Below are positions 54,010 through 62,800 of a stretch of DNA of 64,000 nt, one piece after another (the first letter of the stretch is position 1; each line of letters opens with the position of its first letter). The DNA comes from Candidatus Lindowbacteria bacterium RIFCSPLOWO2_12_FULL_62_27. GTDB taxonomy: Bacteria; Lindowbacteria; 2-12-FULL-62-27. The stretch is from contig MFPR01000040.1 of the NCBI GenBank assembly GCA_001784175.1, positions 44,955-108,954 of the forward strand. The letters are read 5' to 3'. The notes under the pieces are model-generated. The model did not search any database. It saw nothing but the letters and a program-made list of their open reading frames with translations, and was not told the origin of the DNA. The translations under genes and the position numbers were made by a program.

Positions 54010-56552
54010 TGTTCCGGCGATTCTTCCCGATCGGTATGGTCCTGTTTTCGATCGTTTTTCCGCGCACCGACCTCCCGGCGGCACCGGCCGGTGTTACCCC
54101 CAGCGTGGCGGCCTCCAGTTACCGCAATCCGAAAGTCGACGTCGAATCCCGCGTCTCCGATCTTCTGGCGCGCATGACACTCGAGGAAAAAGTCAGCCTG
54201 CTTGCCGGAAGCGGGCGCGAGAACGGATTCAACACGCGAGCCATCGAACGGCTCGGCATCCCGGAACTCAAGATGACGGACGGACCGCAGGGAGTTCGAT
54301 GGGAGAGCGCGGTGGCCTTCCCGTCCGGAATCGCCATGGCTTCCACGTGGGACCCAGGTCTCGTCCGGCGTCTCGGAGTTGCGCTCGCGGAGGAGACGAA
54401 AGGCCGCGGTCGGCATGTCCTTCTCGGGCCGTGCGTCAACATTCACAGGCTTCCCCTCGGCGGGCGGAACTTCGAGAGTTTCGGAGAGGACCCGTATCTT
54501 GCGGCGCGGATTGCCGTGGGATACATCGGTGGCGTGCAGAGCAAGGGCGTCGTTGCCACCGTCAAGCACTTTGCGTGCAACAATCAGGAACATTCCCGCG
54601 GGGAGGTCGACGTCACCCTCTCCGAACGCGCGCTTCACGAAATTTATTTTCCCGCGTTCCGGGCGTCGATTGAGGAAGCCGGATGCTGGGCCGTCATGTC
54701 CGCATACAACAAGGTCAACACATTCTGGTGCGCGGAGAATGAATATCTCCTGCATCAGACGCTCAAGATGCGCTGGAAGTTCCGCGGCCTCGTCATGTCC
54801 GACTGGGGCGGCGTGCACAGCACCGCCCCGACGCTGAACGCCGGACTCGACATCGAAATGCCGGCCGGCCGAAACCTCGACCACAAGGTCATCGACGAAA
54901 TACGTAATGGCGTCATCGCCGCGTCGGCTGTCGACGACGCCGTTCGGCGGACGCTCCGCGTGATCTTTTCAATCGGCCTCTTCGATCAGCCCATCGAATC
55001 GGACAATTCGCAGGTCAACAGCAAGGCGCACCGTGAAATTGCCCGGCGCGTGGCGGAGGACGGGCTCGTGCTTCTCAAGAACGACGGCGCGGCGCTGCCG
55101 CTGGAGGCCGGCGCGGTGGAACGTATCGCAGTCATCGGCCCGAACGCCGCGCAACTTCGGTTTCACGGCGGCGGAAGCGGCCATGCCGAGCCTGTGCAGA
55201 CGGTTTCACCCCTGGACGGCATCCGGGCGCTGGCCGGGCGCAAGACGGAGGTCATCTATGCTCCAGGGACGATGATGGAAAACGAAATCGATCCGATCGA
55301 ACCGGAACATCTGTCACCGCCGGCCGGCGGCGGCGCGCGCGGGATTCGAGCGGAGTACTTCGCCAACCAGACTATGGAGGGGAAACCCGCGCTCGTCCGC
55401 ATCGATCCGCAAATCAACTTCAACTGGGGCGGCGGATCGCCTGCGCCGGAGATTCCCGTCGATCATTTTTCCGCGCGCTGGGCCGGAAATCTGACGCCGA
55501 CCGAGAGCGGCGAGTATGAGATTGTCGCGAGCAGTGACGACGGGATTCGCGTGTTTCTCGACGGGAAAAAAATTCTCGACATCTGGCGCGACCACGCGGA
55601 AGAGGCCGCGCGCGCCCGTGTTTCCCTCACGGCCGGCCGGCGATATGCGGTACGGGTGGAATACTACGAGAACGGGGGCGGCGCGATTGCGCGTCTGGGA
55701 TGGAACCGGATCGAGGATGTCACGAACCGTCTTGAAGCGGCGGTGCAGGCCGCAAAGGATGCGGACGTTGCGATTGTCTTCGCGGGTCTCACCGAACGCC
55801 ACGAGACGGAGGGCAGGGACCGCGACACGCTCGCTCTACCCGCGGGCCAGGACGAACTCATTGTTGCGGTTTCACGGGCGAATCCAAAGACGATCGTTGT
55901 CCTGAACAACGGCGGGCCGCTTCTGATGGACCGCTGGCTCGACAAGGCCGCCGCCGTGGTTGAGGCGTGGTATCCGGGGCAGGAGGGCGGCGCGGCCGTC
56001 GCCCATGTTCTTTTCGGCCGTGTCAATCCGTCAGGGAAACTCCCGATGACGATGCCGAGAAGCTGGGAATCGTCGCCGGCCTATGGAAATTATCCCGGAG
56101 AAAACCTGCGCGTGGAATACGCCGAAGGCATCTACGTCGGCTACCGATACTTCGACGCAAAACATCTCGAACCTCTTTTCCCCTTCGGCCATGGCCTCTC
56201 CTACACGTCCTTCGAGTACAGCAATCTGACAGTCGCGCCCGGCAAGACGGTGAAGGTTTCCTTCGATATTAAGAACACGGGGAAGCGTGAAGGCGCGGAG
56301 GTGGCGCAGGTCTATGTTGCCGAGGATTCGCCGCGCATCGACCGGCCGCCGAAGGAACTCAAGGCATTTCGAAAAATCGCTCTCGCGCCCGGGAAGAAGA
56401 CGCGCGTAGAAATCGATCTGGGGCGTGACGCGTTTTCCTATTTCGATCCCGTCCAGAGGGACTGGGACGCCGCAGCGGGAATGTTCACGATTCTCGTAGG
56501 CAGTTCGTCCAAAGACATCCGGCTTCAACAGAAAGTCGAGTACATGCCCTGA
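54009..56552 (+). CDS. GH3-family beta-glucosidase with an inserted PA14 domain
   Basis: TAATG junction with the upstream gene. Signal peptide. GH3 motifs KHFACNNQEHSR and VMSDWGG (nucleophile D). PA14 segment ..GIRAEYFANQTMEGKPALVRIDPQINFNWGG..YEIVASSDDGIRVFLDGKKILD.. C-terminal FN3-like domain. Confidence 0.9.
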   Translation: MFRRFFPIGMVLFSIVFPRTDLPAAPAGVTPSVAASSYRNPKVDVESRVSDLLARMTLEEKVSLLAGSGRENGFNTRAIERLGIPELKMTDGPQGVRWESAVAFPSGIAMASTWDPGLVRRLGVALAEETKGRGRHVLLGPCVNIHRLPLGGRNFESFGEDPYLAARIAVGYIGGVQSKGVVATVKHFACNNQEHSRGEVDVTLSERALHEIYFPAFRASIEEAGCWAVMSAYNKVNTFWCAENEYLLHQTLKMRWKFRGLVMSDWGGVHSTAPTLNAGLDIEMPAGRNLDHKVIDEIRNGVIAASAVDDAVRRTLRVIFSIGLFDQPIESDNSQVNSKAHREIARRVAEDGLVLLKNDGAALPLEAGAVERIAVIGPNAAQLRFHGGGSGHAEPVQTVSPLDGIRALAGRKTEVIYAPGTMMENEIDPIEPEHLSPPAGGGARGIRAEYFANQTMEGKPALVRIDPQINFNWGGGSPAPEIPVDHFSARWAGNLTPTESGEYEIVASSDDGIRVFLDGKKILDIWRDHAEEAARARVSLTAGRRYAVRVEYYENGGGAIARLGWNRIEDVTNRLEAAVQAAKDADVAIVFAGLTERHETEGRDRDTLALPAGQDELIVAVSRANPKTIVVLNNGGPLLMDRWLDKAAAVVEAWYPGQEGGAAVAHVLFGRVNPSGKLPMTMPRSWESSPAYGNYPGENLRVEYAEGIYVGYRYFDAKHLEPLFPFGHGLSYTSFEYSNLTVAPGKTVKVSFDIKNTGKREGAEVAQVYVAEDSPRIDRPPKELKAFRKIALAPGKKTRVEIDLGRDAFSYFDPVQRDWDAAAGMFTILVGSSSKDIRLQQKVEYMP

Positions 56553-56560
56553 TCCGGGGA

Positions 56561-58396
56561 ATGGAAGGGTGGAAAGGAGCCGGGATATGGCTTCCCGCAG
56601 CCTTTGGCGTGCTCCTCGGAAGTCTGCCGGCGCTCGCGCTGGACATTCATGACGGCTGGGGATTTCAGACCGGAGACAGGAATGAATGGGCGTCGCCGGC
56701 GTTTGACGATTCGGCATGGCGGAAAATCCGGGGCGGCCGGTCGTGGGAGGATCAGGGACATGCCGGATATGACGGCGTGGCCTGGTATCGGAAATGGATC
56801 AGCATTCCGAAGGAATGGTCCGGCCAGGACTTGATTCTGGAACTGGGTCCGATCGATGACGCCGACGTCACGTACGTCAACGGGCGAATCGTCGGCTCCT
56901 TCGGAGGATTCCCTCCTGCCTTCCGAAGCGCCTGGACAGCGGCGCGTGTCTATCGGATTCGGGCCGACCATGTACGGCCCGGCCGGCGGAACCTCATCGC
57001 CATCCGAGTGTACGACGGCGGGGGCGGCGGCGGTCTGCATGGATGGCCATATCTCATCAGTCCCGATTCCGAATATCAGCAGAAACGAAAGTTGGCGGAC
57101 CGGCCTCACCCGTCGCTGATAATTCCTTCGAATGTTCAATCCATACTGGAACAATCCGAACCTGAACTGAAAGGCGCCGATCTGGACGATGATCGTTCGT
57201 TTGTCATCCGCCGCGCGGTCGCCGCCATTCGCGCGGCGACGGTCCGGGAAGGCGCCGCGGCCGGACAGATTCGCGCCAGCCTGCCGCCCGGCGAATACCG
57301 GGACACGGCATGGGCGCGCGACATGGGCTACGCCCTGTTGGGCCTTTTGGATGCGGCGAGTTTGGGCGCGCAGGGCGTGCTTGACGACGTCCGGCGAGGA
57401 CTGGATTTCTTCATGCGGGCCGAAGCCGGCACGTACAAACAGTACGTCTGGAACGGTCTGGACCGGGGGGTCGGCAAGCCGTATCGCATTTCGGTCTGTC
57501 GCTATTCCGCCGGTGGTCGCGAGTATTCGGACATGGATGCGTCTCGTGGCCCGAACATCGAGCTGGACGGATTCGGTCTGGCGCTCAGCGTGTTTGAACG
57601 ATACGTCGAACAATCGGGGGATCGGACGTTTTTGCGCAAGCACTGGCCTGTGATTTCCAAGGAAATCGCTGACGTGTTGATCCATACGACGGATCAGGCA
57701 ACGGGATTGATCCGGCCCGAATCCGGAATCTGGGAGGTTCATCTGCCCGGCATGCGTTTTCTGCACACAAATGTGCTGGCTGCCGCCGGGCTTTTTTCCG
57801 CCGCGCGGATGGCGGCCGCGCTGAATGACGGGGCCTCCCGGGAGAAATACCAGCGCGCGGCCGAGTTGTTGGCGGAATCCATTCGCTCGCGGCTGGTTGA
57901 ACCCAACACGGGCGTCCTCGCGGGAAATCTGGAACATTTGAATGAAGGCCGGGCGCTGGAGGAATACGCGGGCTCGGCCGGCCCGGGCGTGGCGGACGCA
58001 ATCCAGTTTGAAGTTTTCGATACCGGCGACGCTGTGGTTCAGGCGTCGCTGGATCGCATCGCCGCCGAACTTCGGTGGGCCGGCGCCTACGCGCGTCTGG
58101 ACGGCGGCGGGACGGTAGAGGAATTTTCGTTTACGTCGTTGCGCCTGGCTGCGGCGTTCCTTCGGGCCGGCAGAAAAAAGGAGGGCGAGGCTCTCTTGAA
58201 CTGGGCGGAGCAGAACGCCCGCCAAAACCAGGGCTTGTTCGCTGAAGTCTACACGCGCGATGCGGGCGATTACGCCGGATCGTCGCCCTTGGTCGGGATG
58301 GGCGCCGGCGCCTATTTGACGGCCGTCGCGCAGCTTGTTCCGGGCGTGTCCTTCGGGCCAACCTCTGACCACGAAATTGAATTGATTGTGAAGTAA
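56561..58396 (+). CDS. secreted protein: N-terminal jelly-roll sugar-binding domain and a six-hairpin (alpha/alpha)6 glycosidase-like domain (GH15-like)
   Basis: Signal peptide. ..WRKIRGGRSWEDQGHAGYDGVAWYRKWISIP..ILELGPIDDADVTYVNG..IAIRVYDGGGGGG. ..YRDTAWARDMGYALLGL.. motif. Confidence 0.7.
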   Translation: MEGWKGAGIWLPAAFGVLLGSLPALALDIHDGWGFQTGDRNEWASPAFDDSAWRKIRGGRSWEDQGHAGYDGVAWYRKWISIPKEWSGQDLILELGPIDDADVTYVNGRIVGSFGGFPPAFRSAWTAARVYRIRADHVRPGRRNLIAIRVYDGGGGGGLHGWPYLISPDSEYQQKRKLADRPHPSLIIPSNVQSILEQSEPELKGADLDDDRSFVIRRAVAAIRAATVREGAAAGQIRASLPPGEYRDTAWARDMGYALLGLLDAASLGAQGVLDDVRRGLDFFMRAEAGTYKQYVWNGLDRGVGKPYRISVCRYSAGGREYSDMDASRGPNIELDGFGLALSVFERYVEQSGDRTFLRKHWPVISKEIADVLIHTTDQATGLIRPESGIWEVHLPGMRFLHTNVLAAAGLFSAARMAAALNDGASREKYQRAAELLAESIRSRLVEPNTGVLAGNLEHLNEGRALEEYAGSAGPGVADAIQFEVFDTGDAVVQASLDRIAAELRWAGAYARLDGGGTVEEFSFTSLRLAAAFLRAGRKKEGEALLNWAEQNARQNQGLFAEVYTRDAGDYAGSSPLVGMGAGAYLTAVAQLVPGVSFGPTSDHEIELIVK

Positions 58397-58438
58397 ATGT
58401 CAAAAAGTGTGGGCCTGTCTTGTCTATCAACCAACTTT

Positions 58439-58849
58439 TTATGCCGGATCGAAGGGGTTTACGACAGGACGCAGGAGAAAATGGAAATGGCCGATGTTGC
58501 GAGTTGAAAGGATGAGATCATGAGCGACGGCCGTGGCCGCGATCAGACCGTCCGCAGTAGAAAGCTGAGACTGGCGCGAAGAGAGGCGTCCCCATTCTTT
58601 GGCGACGGCTTTGTCAATCGAGAGAAATCGATTGCTGAACCGCTCCTGAATTTGTCCGAACCAGAGCATCAGATCATTTCGGCGGCGGCCGGTTTCCATG
58701 CCCTCCATGCCCTTCTCTATTTCGCCCAGGGTGATGACGCTTATAAAAATGTCATCATCGGCGATCGATTCAAACCACCGCTTGACCCGGGATTCCGGCC
58801 GGAGCTTTGACATTTCTGAAATAATATTCGTGTCGACCAGATATTTCAT
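58439..58849 (-). CDS. vapC: type II toxin, PIN-domain VapC-like ribonuclease
   Basis: 136 aa. MKYLVDTNIISE.., ..DIFISVITLGEIEKG.., ..LIAATAVAHDLILSTRN.. It overlaps the upstream antitoxin gene by 4 nt (ATGA on the minus strand). Confidence 0.8.
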   Translation of the reverse strand: MKYLVDTNIISEMSKLRPESRVKRWFESIADDDIFISVITLGEIEKGMEGMETGRRRNDLMLWFGQIQERFSNRFLSIDKAVAKEWGRLSSRQSQLSTADGLIAATAVAHDLILSTRNIGHFHFLLRPVVNPFDPA

Positions 58850-59097
58850 TTGAGCTTGATGCCGCGATGCGGCCGATTGTCGCGTTCCAACTTGATCCCG
58901 CTGCCGACCATGGGTGACTGACGAATCAAGTCCCAAAATTTTCTGCCGGTCAGGCGGTTTTCGCCGTAATCCTCGACGGCCGTGACGACGGCAACGGGTT
59001 TGCCATGGACGGTGATCTCCTGGGGGCCGTCTTTTCGCGCGGCCGCGACAAGCGCGCTCAACTTCGCCTTGGCGGTCTGCATCTGCCATTGTTCCAT
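58846..59097 (-). CDS. type II antitoxin (Phd/YefM- or VapB-like)
   Basis: 83-aa ORF immediately upstream of, and overlapping, the PIN toxin gene. ..AKAKLSALVAAARKDGPQEITVHGKPVAVVTAVEDY.. is Phd/YefM-like. Confidence 0.65.
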   Translation of the reverse strand: MEQWQMQTAKAKLSALVAAARKDGPQEITVHGKPVAVVTAVEDYGENRLTGRKFWDLIRQSPMVGSGIKLERDNRPHRGIKLK

Positions 59098-59541
59098 GGG
59101 TATCCTCCTTATAGTCAGATTGGTCAGATTGTCCTCGAGGACCAGGCATTTGTCAAGCGCAACCCCGGGTCCCTTTCGGGGCCCAGGCAGGGGGTTGGGG
59201 GGGCCTTTCCATTACCCACAATTTATCACCACGGAGGCACAGAGACACTGAGAATATAATTTTCGCATCTGCTCAGGCTGATTATGTGGGAATTTACCAC
59301 GAATAAGAGATGTTCGAAGTTTGAACCATAAAAAAATTCGTGTCCATTCGTGCTCAGCATTCGTGGAAATTGTTAATGTCCCCTCTATCGACCCGGTTAC
59401 ATAATGTAAGCGATTTCACTTGACAACCGGGTACCGACGTGGGACACTGTCGTGGTGGGTGGTCAGCGGGAATGCCTGCCAAAGAGACTTCTGCACAATT
59501 GAATCGCCGGATGGAAGGAAGGCTATTTTTTTACAGTGCGC

Positions 59542-59555
59542 AGGAAGCGCTTACA
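59542..59555. promoter_or_regulatory. cre-like operator AGGAAGCGCTTACA in the first (orphan) copy of a duplicated promoter/leader module
   Basis: Part of the module 59385-59600, which is paralogous to 59646-59815. Confidence 0.5.
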
Positions 59556-59785
59556 TCATTTTGGGGAGCAGGCTGTAGGTGTCATCTGGATCGGCAAAAC
59601 TCTTCACATGAAGGGTGCAATAACATGGATATATATCTGTATATAATTACAAAAGTATTTCCTTGACAAACCATATACCGACTAGGACAATCATGGGGTT
59701 AGGATAGTGGGACCGTGAGGGTCCGGCGTAATTTGGGGCGCTTGGAGAGAGGCAGGGGGTTGGTTGTTATTTTTACAGGCGTTGT

Positions 59786-59799
59786 TGGAAGCGCTTACA
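59786..59799. promoter_or_regulatory. cre-like operator TGGAAGCGCTTACA, 20 nt upstream of ATG 59819
   Basis: 13 of 14 matches to TGTAAGCGCTTACA. TTGACA -35-like box at 59663-59668. Confidence 0.55.
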
Positions 59800-59818
59800 A
59801 CACAACCGGGGGGCCGTA

Positions 59819-62800
59819 ATGCCGAACGCGGGGTTGAACGGGAGGACCCGAACTGATTTGAGGATACTGGCAACGATGACGGTGGGGGTCTGCCCGTTTG
59901 TTCTGATGCTGCTGTGGGCGGTGGATGGCTGGGCGACGCCATTTCAGTATATGGGGTTCAACAATGGGACCGTGTATCGGGTGAATGTGGGGTCGACGTC
60001 GAATTACACCGACACCGGCGGGAACATCTGGTACGCGGACCGGGCGTACGACACGAACAGCACGGACGGGTTCGGGTATTCGGCGGGGAAGGGCGGGACG
60101 GCGGACACCGTGAGCGCGGACATCACGAGCACGACGCTGGATCCGCTGTATGCGTCGCACCGGTGGGGGGCCGAGATCGAGTACCGGTTTGACGTGCCGT
60201 CGGCGGGCTGGGACACGGGCGGGATTTACGAGGTGATGATCCGGATCATCGAGCCGTTTTATCAGGCCGGGGGCCAGCGGGTGTTCAACATCTATTTCAA
60301 CGACCTCAGCATCTCGGCGCGCGGGTATCTGATGTTTCAGAGCGTGGATCCGTATTCGTGGTCCGGCGCGCGGTACAAGGCGATGGACATCACGGTGCCG
60401 TATTTTCCGTGCAACGAAGGGACGCTTCGGATCACGTTCGTGCCGAACGGCGGGGACAACACGGCGCTGGTGTCGGCGATCCAGGTGCGGAAAGTGCCGT
60501 ACATCGTGGACAACCTGAATATGACGAACGAGCAGTTTCTGGACAGTTACGAGCGGAAGATATTCAACTGGTTTTACACGGAGGTGATCGACAATCAGTA
60601 TTATCTACCCCCGTCGGAAGGGGGCTATGACGTGCCATGGAACGAAGCCTTTACGAGCATTGCCTCGATCTCTCCTGCGATTGCCGCGTACGTGATCGGC
60701 CATTACCGGCAGTATCCGAAGCCGGGTACGACCCAGGCGTTCAGCTACAATGACGCGTACACGCGGGTGCTGGGCATTCTCAAAGGCGTGGGACAATTCG
60801 TCAAAGGCCCGAACGATCAGGACACGCCGGAGTGCACGGGCGGTCCACGGGCGTGTGATACGGTCTATTCGACGACCAGCATCTATTCGGATCCAAGTCT
60901 CTATAAGAATCATTACACACAGACCTATCATCACCACTATCACCGCGAGCCATGGTGGAAATTCGGCCATCCGTTTCCGGGCTTTGACAAGTGGCGGTCG
61001 ATCGACGACAACGGTGATCTGATGATCGGCATGATGCTTGCCGCCGAATATTTCAAAAACACTGAAATCGAGCTTAGAGCCCGCCAGCTTCTGGAGAGCA
61101 TCAACTGGGGGAATTACTGGTTTGATCCGTGCTACTGCGAGCGGATGATGGCGTTTCTCGAATCGGCCGGTCAGCCCAGAGACGACCGCCGAACTGCGAA
61201 TGACATCAACGCTTGGAACAATGCGTACTGGCAAGGCAATTACGGCGCCGCGATCTACTGGCACCAGTGGCAAAATCTCTGGTACGACGGCCGCAACACG
61301 CAGACCACGCAGGGCACTCAGGTAGGCCGAAATGATTTCAACGCGGATCAACAGCTCACTTTGGAGTTGCGCAAGCGTCAACAGGATATGTGGAAATACT
61401 TGCCCGATTGGTATAACACTTACGACTGGGATGCATGGGGCATAACGGCCGCTTCGCAGACGAACAGTTGTTACGGCGTAAACGGCTGGATACTTCCCAC
61501 AAACAACTCAACTGACGCGGCGGCGATGAATGGCCAGGCCGGGTTTTGCGGAACGAACGAGTCAAGGAGCTACGGAGGCAACCTCAATCCCTTCGCCACC
61601 GTCGCGTCTCTGCCGTTTGCTCCGACAGAGGTTCTCAACGCAATGCGTCACATGTTCTGGCGTTTTGGTCCAACGTCTGAAGGAGGCTTGGGATATCCGC
61701 AATACATGGGAGGCCCCATCACCAGCACATACGGTTTCGCTCAGACGTACAACATTGGCGATCAGCCAGATGGTTCCCTTTGGTACAGGGCCACCGGCAA
61801 CGCCGGATTCGACAATGGCCCGCAGATCATGGCAATCGAAAATTACCGCACCGGCCTGATTTGGAATTACATGATGCAAAGCGACTACATGAAGCGCGCG
61901 ATGTGGCGGTTCAAGATGCAGGGCTTCAGCGATTCGCCGGCGCTGCCGATGAACACTGTCACCGGCATCCCCGGCGCCGTCCACGCGTCGAATTCGACCG
62001 CGTCGCCCACCGACTGGGACGGGTACGGGCCGCCGCAGTCGTCGGGCAAGGCGATGTACGCGTTCGATCTTGACAAGATGAAGCGGTGGCACGCGATGAA
62101 GGCGGACGCGGACACCGGAAACGTGACGCTGTCGGTGACGTTTCCGAACGGGAGCGAGCAGACGGTGGGGAGCGTGATTTTATGGTGGCATGACGAGTAC
62201 GCGACGGCCTACGACATTCGCGTCAAATCGACATCCGACACGTGGCACACCTATTATACGACGACGAGCGGCGACGGCACGGTCGACCGTCTCACCTTTT
62301 CGCCACCGATCGCCAACGCGCGCGCGGTCGAAATCGTGATGAAGACGCGCGTGAACGCAACGCTCGGTTATTCGATCTGGGAGGTCGAAATCTACCCGGA
62401 CGTGCTGGTGGCGACGGGCGCGCTGGTGGACGATTTTGAGGTGACGAGCGGCAAGAACCGTCTGGGCGGATCGATGGATCACTGGCCGTCCGGCACGACC
62501 TACGCGAACCACGCGTACGCGAGCGACAATTACTACGCCGGCAGCAAGGGCATGTGGATCTGGTATGACGTTCGCGCAGGGAATCCCTCCGGGGAGGCAG
62601 GATACTGGACGCAGGTCGCCAATTACGACGCGCGCAACTACAAATATCTGTCGCTTTGGGCGAAGGGATCGACCGGGACGGAAAATTTCCGTGTGCGCCT
62701 CAAGACGGAGCTGACGCCCGGCAATTTTGTCGAGGACGCCGGCGACACCACGTTCACCGCGTCGACGACGTGGACGCAGGTCATCATTCCGCTGGTCGTG

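Noticed and set aside
211-58372. Long antisense or alternative-frame ORFs from the six-frame track (e.g. 211..945-, 3732..5702-, 11027..12928-, 16596..17561-, 22906..24336-, 27510..30314-, 31627..33171-, 39589..41553-, 44682..46829-, 50581..53577-, 56525..58372-)
   Set aside because: They are typical high-GC artefacts. Their products are R/P/G-rich low-complexity, and they lie opposite genes with clear domain content and coherent operon structure.
59150-59215. G/C-rich segment ccccgggtccctttcggggcccagg downstream of the antitoxin start, considered as a terminator or hairpin
   Set aside because: The arms are not properly complementary and there is no T-run. It lies in the promoter region of the divergent VapBC operon.
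59439-59666. 75-codon ORF MGHCRGGWSAGMP..
   Set aside because: It lies within the duplicated promoter/leader module and has an implausible composition. It is more likely non-coding or a leader RNA.
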